DNA of 63,228 nucleotides, counting the filler, from Octopus bimaculoides (lineage: Eukaryota): NCBI RefSeq assembly GCF_001194135.2. It is 8 parts of 6 records of this genome, joined end to end, with 100 filler letters (N's around TTAATTAATTAA, not from the genome) between each part and the next. Parts side by side here need not be neighbours in the genome. Positions count along the whole stretch, not along the records: positions 45,209 to 61,114 come from NC_068988.1; 7 more parts are not named here. The stretch is one strand, 5' to 3'. Shown in pieces: positions 48,233-61,214 of this stretch. Below the pieces are notes generated by a model. It searched no databases. It saw only the letters and a program-made list of their open reading frames with translations, and was not told where the DNA came from. A program made the position numbers and the translations under genes. Position 1 is the first letter of the stretch, and each line of letters opens with the position of its first letter.

Positions 48233-51200
48233 GTGTGTGTGTGTAAAGCTACTGTGCATATACACACATGCATATATACGTCTGCGTGTACGTATAAGTT
48301 TGTATGTATATATTTATGCAAAAACGCAGTCATACTGAAACAACATACACACCCACAAACGTGCGCGCACACGCACACGTGTACCGCAAACACTCACCCA
48401 CATCCACATAGACATTACGCACATCCTACAATTATATATGTATATAAGTCATACAGGTCATATATATATATACATGCGAGTATTACGACTTTGAATAGGC
48501 GTATATATACGCACTTATGCTACACAATATAAACAATGCCAGAAGATTTATTACAAACTAATGATCTGTATCATAACAGTATTATTCCACTCATGGTTAT
48601 TCTACAATATTTGGCATTGCCTCGAAGGGAGCATCAAAGCTTAATATTATAATTCTACACTTTGTTGTATTGGTATTTCGCTCTAATTCTTCTGTTACAG
48701 GCATTTGTATTAATGTATCTAAGCGTGAAGCAGATGTCGAGGTGAATATACCGTGTTGTTGGAATATATGTATGTATGGAGAGATGAGATATGCTATGTA
48801 TACAGTTAAGCTGCAGTTATTGATGTATTTGTATGAATAGCTTTAATATATATGTGTGCCTACATGCGTAGGATATTTGGTATTTCAATGTAATTCTTCA
48901 AAGAATCACAATAAGGTTATTAAAAAATAATCGAACGAATTACGGAGGCAAATAAAAATCTAATTGTGCCATTACGATATATATATATATATATATATAN
49001 NNNNNNNNNNNNNNNNNNNNNNNNNNNNNNNNNNNNNNNNNNNNNNNNNNNNNNNNNNNNNNNNNNNNNNNNNNNNNNNNNNNNNNNNNNNNNNNNNNNN
49101 NNNNNNNNNNNNNNNNNNNNNNNNNNNNNNNNNNNNNNNNNNNNNNNNNNNNNNNNNNNNNNNNNNNNNNNNNNNNNNNNNNNNNNNNNNNNNNNNNNNN
49201 NNNNNNNNNNNNNNNNNNNNNNNNNNNNNNNNNNNNNNNNNNNNNNNNNNNNNNNNNNNNNNNNNNNNNNNNNNNNNNNNNNNNNNNNNNNNNNNNNNNG
49301 AGAGATATGTAAAAGTGAATCTATAGACGGAAAACAGCTATAGTTGCGAGTATCCCAGGACAGCTTTCAATATTAATACTCCTACGTATGTGTGTGTATG
49401 TATGTGTGTGTGTGTGTGCGTGCGTGTGTGTGCTTGTGTGTGTGTATGTGTGCGTGTGTGTGCGTGCTTGTGTGTGTGGGTGTGTGTTATGTTGTTATTA
49501 ACATAAGTATATGAACATATGAAATAGAATTTATTTAGAGCGTTGCATTCCTAGACCGAGGCATGTGTGGCGTTCATGTGCCAAACACTGCATTTCACGT
49601 GGCTCCACTTGACAAAGGTCGCAAAAATGAGTAACCTTGCAATGGACTGGCTAAATGTCCAGCAGAAAGATACATTCTATCACAGAATCCGGTAGCGAGC
49701 CTTTTATGCCTATGGTCTACGAAGGACCTTAGATACTTGTTTTCATGTAAGCTTATGTAAACAGTATATATCAATATATTATTTATACATGTAAATATAA
49801 TACACACAGAATCACACACGTATGCACGCATATAGTCCTATTTATGACTCTAAGGAGGTAATTGACATATCTAATGACAATCAATCTGACCGCAGTGATA
49901 AAATTAAAATATCATTGGTTGGCCTCAAGGTGCGGAGTAAAAGCAAGGGATTGAGGTAAATCTCTTGAAGTTGTTAGAGAATCCAACGACACTCTGGCGT
50001 ACAACATACAGTTTCACGTGATTATTGTTCGTCTCAGTTTGGCCTATCACTAAGTACATTTTATGGAGACTCACAAGGAAGTACATGCGTTGTACAAGCA
50101 TTTATCACTGTAATTCAATGGCGTACACATGACACTTCATGGAGATCTCATTTGTCATTCATTCCACTGAAAATTTTATGGCGGCGGAGGAGTACTAACT
50201 TGCGCTCACATAACCGGTTAGAAGTGTTTCAGACCATGCATATCTGTAGCGAGAACGATTAGTTACCTGTGAGGTCATGCACAGACAGTCAGATGTGTCA
50301 TTAGCAAAAAGGAAGGACAAGTTTACGGCAGTTATCTTTCTCTATAGATGGCACTATTATTGATCAATATATGCGTATGTGTGTGTATACATATAAATAA
50401 TAGCTTACATACATACCTGCATACCTGCATATATACATATTTAATACATATACACAGATATATATATGTATATATATATATATATATNNNNNNNNNNNNN
50501 NNNNNNNNNNNNNNNNNNNNNNNNNNNNNNNNNNNNNNNNNNNNNNNNNNNNNNNNNNNNNNNNNNNNNNNNNNNNNNNNNNNNNNNNNNNNNNNNNNNN
50601 NNNNNNNNNNNNNNNNNNNNNNNNNNNNNNNNNNNNNNNNNNNNNNNNNNNNNNNNNNNNNNNNNNNNNNNNNNNNNNNNNNNNNNNNNNNNNNNNNNNN
50701 NNNNNNNNNNNNNNNNNNNNNNNNNNNNNNNNNNNNNNNNNNNNNNNNNNNNNNNNNNNNNNNNNNNNNNNNNNNNNNNNNNATATATATATATATATAT
50801 ATATATATACTGGTATATATACATATATCAGTACGATGACTGATAAATGTATACACTTCATGTTGCATGTCTCATTTCTCTATTTGTTTTTTTCGTTGTT
50901 CGCAAAAATTTCGTTTTCGTTTTCGATATCTTGTTTTTATGTTTTCGTTTCTCATTGTGTTCAAAGTTTTCTTTTGTTTTTTTTATGTCCTGTACCTATA
51001 TATGCATGTATATGTACATATATATGTAGGTATGTACATATATGTATGGCTATATGCATATATTTATATATTATTTAAATTATTATATATATATATTATA
51101 TGACCGTTTGTGTATATGGATACTTATATTCTTATATTTGCATATTTCCATTCTGGAGCAACCAGCGATCCCATTATATAATAATTCGTTCCTCTCGCAT

Positions 51201-52588
51201 TCGAACAGTTATTAAATCTAGATTTATGTATATAGTTCTCTATTGCTTAAAAAAGATATATGGCTAAAGCATATACAAAATTATTGCGAATGTTAATATG
51301 AGTTATATATTGAAGTCTTTCTTTTCAATGCAAGCAAAGACGATTCTATCAACTTACTTTTGTCCGCTTGATCTGTTCATGCAGTGCTCCTGAATTTTCT
51401 ATTTTGTTAATCTTCTTATGCAACGTGTTTAAAGGGCTATCAGATAGAGCCAGTTGATATTCTTATTTTCATTTCATTTTCTTCGGTAACAGGCAACCTT
51501 TCATGGTGTATTTCATCGGGACAAAACACAAACACTATAAAATCTGCAGGGCACGTTTCCAAGGTCACCTCTGCCAGTATCTAGAGACATCCCATTACTT
51601 GACAAAATTGCCCGCATAAAATTTGATAGGAGAAGAGGCGCTTTGTTGCGGTGCAGTTCACAGATTTTGTTTTTCAATTAATGAGATTTTTTTAATTCTC
51701 AATGCTTGTCTCAAAAATATTAGGGCATTTAAACGGAAATACGCTGTTAGTCGTTTGACCGCATGCGACACGTTCATGATGAAGAACACTTCAGATAAAA
51801 GGATTTTTTGTTATATATATACATTATCATACATACCCAGGCACACACAGACACACACACACACACACAACTACACACACAGAGACAAACAGACACACAG
51901 GCACAGACAGACACAGACACAGACAGACACATACACAGACCCCCCCCACACACATATATATAGATGGGCTGAGGCTCAATATAGTTATTACGTGTGTGTG
52001 TGTGTGTCTAGGTATTTGCGGATTATTTTGTAAATAACTTTACATGGATTATATTATAAGCATTCATTTTGCTCGGTTGCCCAAATTCAACTTTGAACAA
52101 GTTCTCCTAGTCTATTTGTATAACGGATTGTATATCTTCCAATTCCTCTGGATATTATCAGTCTGCGATGACGGTTTAAACATATGAAGACTTGCTATAA
52201 GCTATTTATGAAAATGCTATGAACAGTAGAAAGTACATTTGCCTATACGTCTCTTAGTTCATACATTGGAGGTGCAGATTTAGTGTCTAAGATACTTAGA
52301 AATTGCATTTCTCGATAAGTGTGCAAATATTTTTAAATGCTTCAGGTAAGTAAATAGAAAGTGAGAGCGAGAAAGAGAGATAGAGAGAAAGAGAGAAAGA
52401 GAAAGAGGGAGACAGAGACAGAGAGACATAGAGACATAGAGGCAGGGAGACACCGAGAGAAAGAAATAAAGTGAGAGAGAAATTGTTCTGATATTTATCT
52501 GCAGACAGGGGCTAATTGTATACTTATTAAGCGCACAGCTGAGAATATAGAAAACATAGATTCAGTGATTTAATATCTAAAGATTTCG

Positions 52589-52599
52589 TACTGCTCTGT

Positions 52600-52658
<59 letters not shown>

Positions 52659-52659
52659 A

Positions 52660-52727
<68 letters not shown>
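52589..52727. repeat. (TATC)n/(TGTC)n compound microsatellite
   Basis: Direct reading. Confidence 0.95.
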
Positions 52728-53575
52728 AGAACACTTTGCTCTCATGTGTCTATTCCCTGCCGAGGTTACCGTGGTCTTTTCCGTAGGCTTTTGTCTTCAT
52801 GGATAAATCTAATGTTACCCCATTTTACACTATTGACATTTTCTGTGATATACGATACCCCTTTTTTTTTCTTTTTTTTTGCCCCTACCGATCCCTTTTG
52901 ATCGGATTTTTAAAAAAAAATTATTTTATCTTTTTTTTATTTTTAAAGAAAAGAGCTACAGTTGTATTTGTCCCCTGTGTGCAGCCCTGTGTGGCTAATA
53001 AAAGAAAAATATCTATCTATCTATCTATCTATCTATCCATCTGTCTATCTACCTAAGAAATATGTCTTGAAAGCGACAATGCATCATAGAACCGATCTCA
53101 GCTCATCTGCAAACCAAAATTTAAAATTCTCTATGGAACTGTATATCCTTGACACATAAAAGTTAGATTTCCTTGCTGGTGTGCCGAAAATGACATTTGA
53201 ATATCAAAACCAGACCAGCGATACATTACTTATCGAGGTGGTCCGAGTACATCGTATTGATAAGCCACGGTAATTGTGAAATAACACTATCTACGGTTCT
53301 TGGTGATGAATGTCACAGACGACCTGCGTCGTCTGGGACATTCAATATTCTTCAATACTCGGTGTCGCGTCTGATGCTTTTCCCGGACGCTACATCACGA
53401 CAAAATGTGCGTATAAACAAAACACATACACTATTTATGTGTGACTGATGATGCTTACAATTCTATAACCGCTTTTAATTCGTAATTTAATATATANNNN
53501 NNNNNNNNNNNNNNNNNNNNNNNNNNNNNNNNNNNNNNNNNNNNNNNNNNNNNNNNNNNNNNNNNNNNNNNNNNN

Positions 53576-53614
<39 letters not shown>

Positions 53615-54109
53615 GGTTTATATGTATTTATGTGTAAATATGAATATCTGAATGTAGATATGAATACATACATGTGATAGAAGAGAGTGTGTTTGTATGT
53701 GTGCGTGTGTATGTAGGTGTCGGTGTGTCTGTGTATGTGTATTGTACGCAGAATATGTTTATCCAGCGCGCTACGTATTATGCATAAATGCCATTAATTC
53801 AAATAGCCATATTTGATGTAATGTGAACATTAAATCAAGAACACAATAGAACATCATCGGATGCCATACAAGTTCACCTAACAAGATCATAAAAGAATAT
53901 ATTGACCGTCATTATTTAGATTCTTTTATATATTCATTTATTTAATAATGTAATTGATACACTGTACTGTCATTATTTACGTGTGTCTAACCAGCCAATG
54001 ACTTATTAGCAGCAGTTCGAACCAACTAAGTGACAAAGATGCTTTTTGAAATCATTTAAGAACAAGCATATCATAGAACTACGAAATACACTGCATCTTT
54101 TTGGTTTCT

Positions 54110-55420
54110 TGCCTTTATTTTTTTATATCTCCAAAGTCTGGGCTCCCAAGCAGATTCTGCGTACCATTTTCACCTTGGCAGGGCACATTTTACTGAGAAA
54201 CTATGCTAATTGACAATTTCCAAATAAAGACACATTCTTATTCGTTTTGGCAGTCATCATCTGGCCTAATTGTTAACAAAATACTTAGATACTTGTAAAC
54301 CTATCAGTTCTCTTATTCACTCGCCATCATCTGAAAGTTATTCCCCACTGTCCTCTCCTCATTTTAATAACAGCGGATTTCTCTGTACAAAATGCCATCT
54401 GGATGTCATAAGGTAATACTTGTACTGACTGAATAAAGGAGACCAGTTGATCTCTGTTAGCTCCGCAAAGTTTCAAATCGTCTACAAATAACAAGTGGTT
54501 AATTGGTCTCATGTTTCTCTGCGGTTCGTAACCAGCTTTCATCTTCTTCAGAAACATGGAGAGCAGTAACATACCAACGATAAGGGTGACAGTCTCTCCT
54601 TGAAATATTTCTTGCTTAATGTCGACTTGCCCGGTGTCCCTTCCACCTGCTGTCAAAACTATTCAAGTTCCCCACTGAGTTTTTGATTTTTTTAGTTTCT
54701 CTGATCATATCCAGTCATTTTAGAATCCACCAGTGAGGAACCACAGCAAATACCTTCTTATTGTCAATCCAAGCCATTTTTAGGCTCGCCAACATTCTTC
54801 GATAATTCCTCAAAATTACCTTATCAATTAGCAATTGATCCTTTGTTCCATGTAATCCCTTCCTGCAGGGCTTTCTTTTCCTCCACTAAGAGTTATTTTT
54901 TTCAAGATTGTACGATTTCTTTACCATTATCCCATTTAGAAGCCCCCACATCTTAGGTAAGCAAGCACACAGACGATAGTTGCTGGCCAAGGCACCCTCG
55001 GCTGGGTTTTTCTGAATCATCGCAGTTCTTCTTTTGACTATTCATCCTAGTACAATTCCCTGATGTGAATTACCTTACAGGAGGGCATTTTGATCCCAAA
55101 TCCCTGACCTAGACGCGGGATAACTGCCGTCCATGTTTTCATCTTGCCAACTCTGGCTGGAATATCTTTCAGTGTGATTGTAGTATCCTCTTTTATCTCT
55201 GTGCCACCGAATTCTTCTTCCATTTCATGGCACCAGGGTACCCTCTTTTTGTGTTTGACGTCTTCAGACCAGATCTTGCTCCAAAACAAAGTTGCTTATT
55301 TGAGATTAGATAAAGCTGCATCTTCCTTATCTCCTCCATCCAGAGTTTAATAGAACAGATTCTGATTTGTTTTAAAAAGTCGATTTTTGTTTCAACTAAA
55401 GTCATCTTTCCTCGTATCTT
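54110..55420 (-). mobile_element. R4/Dong-like RLE LINE, decayed RT region
   Basis: FWSKIW..H..W..IT; CRKGLHGTKDQLLIDK..MAWID.KK.F..VPH.WI; IFQG; HLLFVDDLKL; YKYLS. Confidence 0.9.
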
Positions 55421-55509
55421 TTGATTTTAATTCCACTCGCTTTGATCTGTTGTTTTAGTATATCCGGTATAAGTAGCGTGTCTTTGACCACTAAGTGATG
55501 TTTTGTTAT

Positions 55510-55546
55510 TCATGTAATTATGTTCAAGTTATTATTATTATTATTA

Positions 55547-55588
<42 letters not shown>

Positions 55589-55706
55589 GAAGCCTCACCA
55601 TGACCATCATCAACATCAACATCTTCATCATCATCATCATCACCATCATCACCATCACCACCGTCACCACCACCATCACCACCGCAACTGCCACCGCCGT
55701 CGCTGC

Positions 55707-55763
<57 letters not shown>

Positions 55764-55790
55764 TATCATCATTATTATTTTATTATTACG
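55510..55790. repeat. Compound (ATT)n/(CAT)n/(CAC)n trinucleotide repeat
   Basis: Direct reading; it gives the poly-I and poly-M pseudo-ORFs. Confidence 0.95.
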
Positions 55791-56013
55791 TGATAAAAAC
55801 TCGCAGTTTATTTTGCTGGGTATGATGGAATGTGCCTACTGTCCACAGCCAGGTGACTAAGGTGACACTAATTTATTGCTCAAGCCTGAAGAATCCTGCG
55901 ATGAATTCTATCAGTTCCAAGCAATGCTGACTTTGTAGGTGTTCTCCCTTCACACTTGCACCAATCTTTCTTAACCATGTTGCTAGTCGTTTTATTATTA
56001 TTATTATTGTTAT

Positions 56014-56216
56014 TAAGGCTGCGAGTTGGCTGAATCGTGAGCATGCCAGGTTAAATGCGTTGCGTCATTTTGTCCGTCCACACCTTCTCAGTTCAAATTC
56101 TGCTGACGTACACTTTGCCTTTCTTCCTTTCGGGGTCCATGAATTGAGTACCAGCAAAATACTGACTGTTTCTGTCCCGGAAAATTTCAGGCCTTGTGCC
56201 TGGAGTAGAAAGGATT
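56014..56216 (+). mobile_element. SINE family A (tail type 2), flanked by (ATT)n on both sides
   Basis: GAGTTGGCTGAATCG..CAGTTCAAATTC..GGCCTTGTGCC..GTAGAAAGGATT; ATT runs at 55992-56013 and 56223-56240. Confidence 0.85.
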
Positions 56217-56920
56217 CTTCTTCTTATTATTATTATTATTAACGGTTCAAAGTTATTTGACAATGAAAACTACTTTATAGAGTAAATAATCACTAAGAAG
56301 TAATTATATTAATGAGTTAAAATCCTACCGATAGCATTTCATTTTATGTGCACTTCCATAACACACCGGATGCACTCTCTACACACGTACATTCACACAC
56401 GTACATACACAAATACACATACGTACGCACAAAATGTATGCATTAAATAAACTGGCAACATTTCAAATAATGATTAAATATTGTACAGAATACATTTGAT
56501 TCCTATTTGCATCTATTTTTATAGTATTGCACTTAAGAATAATTTTTGAAGTGAATTTCTAATCTGCTACGCTTGGCTGATACGTGTTTCAAAATCTTTG
56601 ATCAGTTGACCATGAATTTCCACACAATGACCACCGTTCAATATCCACTAACATACTGGCTTAGTCCAAAACGAATTCATGTTTGTTTCTTGAGTTGTTA
56701 ACTCAATAAAAAAAATATCATGTTTTATATGTCATTGTTCATTGCCTGTGTAGAGGGGTTAAAAAAAGCTCTTTGTAATCCGATGCACGTACCCTGTATC
56801 AAATATATGAAACTTAAAAGTGAAAGTGCGCGCGGGTATATTTTAAGAACGTTCTAGAAAACGGGTAGGGTTAGTATTATTTAAAATCTGCATGCATTTC
56901 GGCAGTTATTTATGATGTAA

Positions 56921-57245
56921 GTGGAGGCGCGTGGCTTAGTGGTTAGAGTATTCGACTCAAACGTAAGGTCGTGCGTTCAAATCTCGGTAACTCGTTGTGT
57001 TCTTGGGCAAGACACTTTATTTCACGTTGCTCCAGTCCCATCAGGTGGCAAAAATGAGTTGCACCTGTATTTCAAAGGGTGAGCATTGTCACATTCTGTA
57101 TCACTGTGACTCTCCCTGAGAATTACATTATCGCTACGAGCGTCTGTGGAGTGCTCAGCCACTTGCGCGTTAATTTCACGAGCACGCTGTTCCGTTGATC
57201 GGATCAAAAGGAACCCTAGACGTCATAGCTGACGGAATGCCAGTA
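56921..57245 (+). mobile_element. SINE family C, full length
   Basis: GGAGGCGCGTGGCTTAGTGG A-box, GCGTTCAAATC B-box, TTCTTGGGCAAGACACTT central domain, tail GGAACCCTAGACGTC..GACGGAATGCCA. Confidence 0.88.
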
Positions 57246-58140
57246 ATGGTGTATGTAATGCATACAAACATACCGAGTGTTTACCGAGGCAAAACCAACG
57301 GTTTACCAAGTTGTCAGTTTTATCTTTGCAGACATACTTCTTCGTTAATTCTCAGTTGGGAACGTTCCATTTCTGGGCAAATATCTACGATAACAAAGTA
57401 GGGCTGTCTTGGATGTGTATATGAGAGTTAATTTCAAATATAATGTCACTTATTGCTGTTATTTAACAGCAGGGACATCTGATCGAGAAGGACTCTAATA
57501 AAAGACAAGAAAAATAATGCCGTGTAGCATTTCTTTTTCAGAGCAATGTACAACTAACTTACCTAATACATAATTTTCTTGTTTTAAAAACTATAAAACA
57601 ATGTGAGGGAAACTTGGAGGCTATTTCTAGCAGATCAGATAAAGTTATAAATGATCACCTTACTTAAGTTAGTATTGGGAAGTAGTACCACTAGTCAATG
57701 AATGTTGTTAATCGTAAGGGCATAGTTTCAATTCCCAGACTTGCTGGTGTGGTATGTTTTATCTTTGTGAAAGGCATTTCGTTTAAAATTTACACACTGG
57801 TTTAAATTAGAAATGTGTTGCGTCTACACTAGAATTGTGCGTTACACACATGCAACCAGAAATCATGCAAATACACCTAAACGTTTTGCTTACAGCACTC
57901 TAGATGATGAGATTAAAGCCAGTTATTTGACATACCATGAGAAGGGAAACCCGGCCTTGACGGTTTATAATTTAACAGTGCATGAATTAGCATGAATTAT
58001 TAAGTTTAAGTAATGTTACGGTTGAGATGGTTGTCTACACCTTCTGTGGCTGTTCAAATCACCTATAATGTACGACGACTTCATATTGTCACATTTGTTG
58101 TAACATTCTTCTCTCAATTCATTTCTTTTTTAAAGGTGTT

Positions 58141-58570
58141 TGAGCTGGCAGAAACGTTAGCACGCCGGGCGAAGTGCTTAGCAGTATTTCGTCTGCCGTT
58201 ACGGTCTGAGTTCAAATTCCGGCGAGGTCGACTTTGCCTTCGATTATTTCGGGGTCGATAAATTAAGTACCAGTTACGCACTGGGGTCGATGTAATCGAC
58301 TTAATCCCTTTATCTGTCCTTGTTTGTTCCATCAATGTTTAGCCCCTTGTGGGCAATAAAGAAATAAAAAATGTTAGCACGCCGGGTGAAACGCTTAGTG
58401 CTATTTCGTCTGTCGTTACGTTTTGAGTTCAAATTCCGACGAGGTTGACTTTGCCTGTCATCCTTTACGGGTCGATTAATTAAGTACCAGCTGTAAACTG
58501 GGGTCGATCTAATTGGACTGGCTCCCTCCTCCAAAATTTCGGGCCTTGTACCTAGAGTAGAAAAGAATTC
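58141..58570 (+). mobile_element. Head-to-tail family A dimer (copy 1 tail type 1, 58141-58365; copy 2 tail type 2, 58372-58570)
   Basis: Shared core; tails CCCCTTGTGGGCAATAAAGAAATAA versus AATTTCGGGCCTTGTACCTAGAGTAGAAAAGAATT. Confidence 0.9.
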
Positions 58571-59119
58571 ATCTCTCTTTACCAAGACTCAGTACTTTCT
58601 CTCNNNNNNNNNNNNNNNNNNNNNNNNNNNNNNNNNNNNNNNNNNNNNNNNNNNNNNNNNNNNNNNNNNNNNNNNNNNNNNNNNNNNNNNNNNNNNNNNN
58701 NNNNNNNNNNNNNNNNNNNNNNNNNNNNNNNNNNNNNNNNNNNNNNNNNNNNNNNNNNNNNNNNNNNNNNNNNNNNNNNNNNNNNNNNNNNNNNNNNNNN
58801 NNNNNNNNNNNNNNNNNNNNNNNNNNNNNNCTTTCTCTCTCTTCTGAGACAAAAACAAGACACTGTATGCATTCACTTAATGTAAAAAGTACAGCAGAGA
58901 AACCTCCCGCTAGTGAAACATCTTCGATTAGATACAGATCACTTCCAACTGAGTGGTGCTACAAACACTACTCCAATCACACTACGTATATTATGTCCAT
59001 CTCTGCCTAGCTCCCAGTATAACTACGTACCTTTTTCTTTATTTGCCTGTATATTTCATGCATGTAATATATATGTCATATCCATCTATCTATCTATATT
59101 CATAAACATATTTTTAGGT

Positions 59120-59600
59120 GCGAACGAAAATTTTGGTTTAAAACCTTGCTACATGACTGCGAAAACAGCACTCCATACCGTCGCGACATCCACAGATTAG
59201 AAACCTTTCACCAACAAAACTTCGTTCAATCTTGAGCATCAAATGGGAATATTGTTTGAACAACAATAAAGTCCTGAACAGAGCCAGCAGCCAAAGTATC
59301 AAATCGTAGATTATGAAACATCGTCATCGAAGGTCAGGACAAATAGCAAGAATAGAAGAGCCACGTTTTATTCAGAGAGATCACTTCAAGAAAAAGACCA
59401 CAGGAGTGTCTTCTTCGAAGATACAAGCACCAGATGAAAGCAATACTAAAGGCAGCTACAAATGAGCACAGCTTGTTTGAAACACATGCTCGAGACCGTA
59501 TAAATGGCGGTGTTCCATCACCATTGGAACCAAAAATTTGGAAGCCATCAGAAAAGGAAGAAATTAAAAGACAGGAGAGAAAGGCTCGACATGTGCTCAT
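59120..59600 (+). mobile_element. RTE (BovB-like) LINE 3' fragment
   Basis: TLLHDCE..TPYRRDIHRLETFHQ..LRSIL.IKW..VL.RA..RRYKHQMKAILKAA..FETHARDR across frameshifts. Confidence 0.8.
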
Positions 59601-61114
59601 TCTCTACAAACACTTTAGGGTAATCATTCGGATCATCGACCGTTTGGAAACGTTCAGCCAACCGTTTCAACCTTAACTTGCGGCGCCAAATATCGTCACT
59701 TTATAGTAACATACGGACGTAGCAGGGAGCCTACAAACATTTCTAAGGCAAGTCATGCGACTANNNNNNNNNNNNNNNNNNNNNNNNNNNNNNNNNNNNN
59801 NNNNNNNNNNNNNNNNNNNNNNNNNNNNNNNNNNNNNNNNNNNNNNNNNNNNNNNNNNNNNNNNNNNNNNNNNNNNNNNNNNNNNNNNNNNNNNNNNNNN
59901 NNNNNNNNNNNNNNNNNNNNNNNNNNNNNNNNNNNNNNNNNNNNNNNNNNNNNNNNNNNNNNNNNNNNNNNNNNNNNNNNNNNNNNNNNNNNNNNNNNNN
60001 NNNNNNNNNNNNNNNNNNNNNNNNNNNNNNNNNNNNNNNNNNNNNNNNNNNNNNNNNNNNNNNNNNNNNNNNNNNNNNNNNNNNNNNNNNNNNNNNNNNN
60101 NNNNNNNNNNNNNNNNNNNNNNNNNNNNNNNNNNNNNNNNNNNNNNNNNNNNNNNNNNNNNNNNNNNNNNNNNNNNNNNNNNNNNNNNNNNNNNNNNNNN
60201 NNNNNNNNNNNNNNNNNNNNNNNNNNNNNNNNNNNNNNNNNNNNNNNNNNNNNNNNNNNNNNNNNNNNNNNNNNNNNNNNATATACATATATATATATAT
60301 GAGTGTGTGTGTTTGATGAATTTGATTCGGCATAGCCATATGAAGAAACCAATGAACTTACGTTTTGGAACAATGCATCGCATGTTTTATCATGTATATT
60401 TTATTCAAAACACACCTGCACACAAATGCACAAACACACACACACACAGTAAGACATCCATACAGATATAAGCACACACACTCACACATACGCACACATG
60501 TACATGCAATTACAGCAGTTACTTATACATAGACATATACATACAGGTGCTGCTTAAATGTTTATCAACGCACACTTCTTGTCACACGTCGATAAACAGA
60601 GAGGCAGACTTTTATCAACGCACCCAAACACACCAAAACATACATCTTTGTCCTTATGTCCAAAGCGAAATTATTTGCGATGTTTCTATTCATATATCCA
60701 CGAATATAGAACAGTGAGAAACCATTCTCTTCATATTGTAGATTATAATGAAAGACAATAGAATATTTCGCTAGAATATTAACCACAATCACGTTTCACT
60801 TGCTTTTCTTGTATGCTATCAGACCAATAAAAAATATATATGTCTATATAGTTACATGTATGTGTATATGTGCGTGCGTGTGTTCGCGTGATCGCGTGTG
60901 TAAATGTATGCATATGTGTCAGCGGGTTAAGCGATGTACGTGGGTTTGTATGTATTAGTAAATATAGCAAATGCCTGTGTATATGGATAGACATTGGCAG
61001 ACATACAACATACATATATATACGCATAGTTACACGCATGAATATACGCATGCACAGAAAAAATATTTGTTTATACGTATATATAAATGTATATATATAT
61101 ATATATATATATAT

Positions 61115-61214
61115 NNNNNNNNNNNNNNNNNNNNNNNNNNNNNNNNNNNNNNNNNNNNTTAATTAATTAANNNNNNNNNNNNNNNNNNNNNNNNNNNNNN
61201 NNNNNNNNNNNNNN
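61115..61214. other. Artificial scaffold-joining spacer
   Basis: TTAATTAATTAA at 61159-61170 with 44 N each side. Confidence 0.97.

Noticed and set aside
53161-53270. Possible plus-strand exon LDFLAGVPKMTFEYQNQTSDTLLIEVVRVHRIDKP ending at GTAATT
   Set aside because: Weak acceptor and no recognisable family; would need RNA-seq support
56921-56995. tRNA-like sequences with A and B boxes (also 41430-41501, 43228-43275 and SINE A/B heads)
   Set aside because: They continue directly into SINE bodies and lack a closing acceptor stem; they are SINE heads, not tRNA genes
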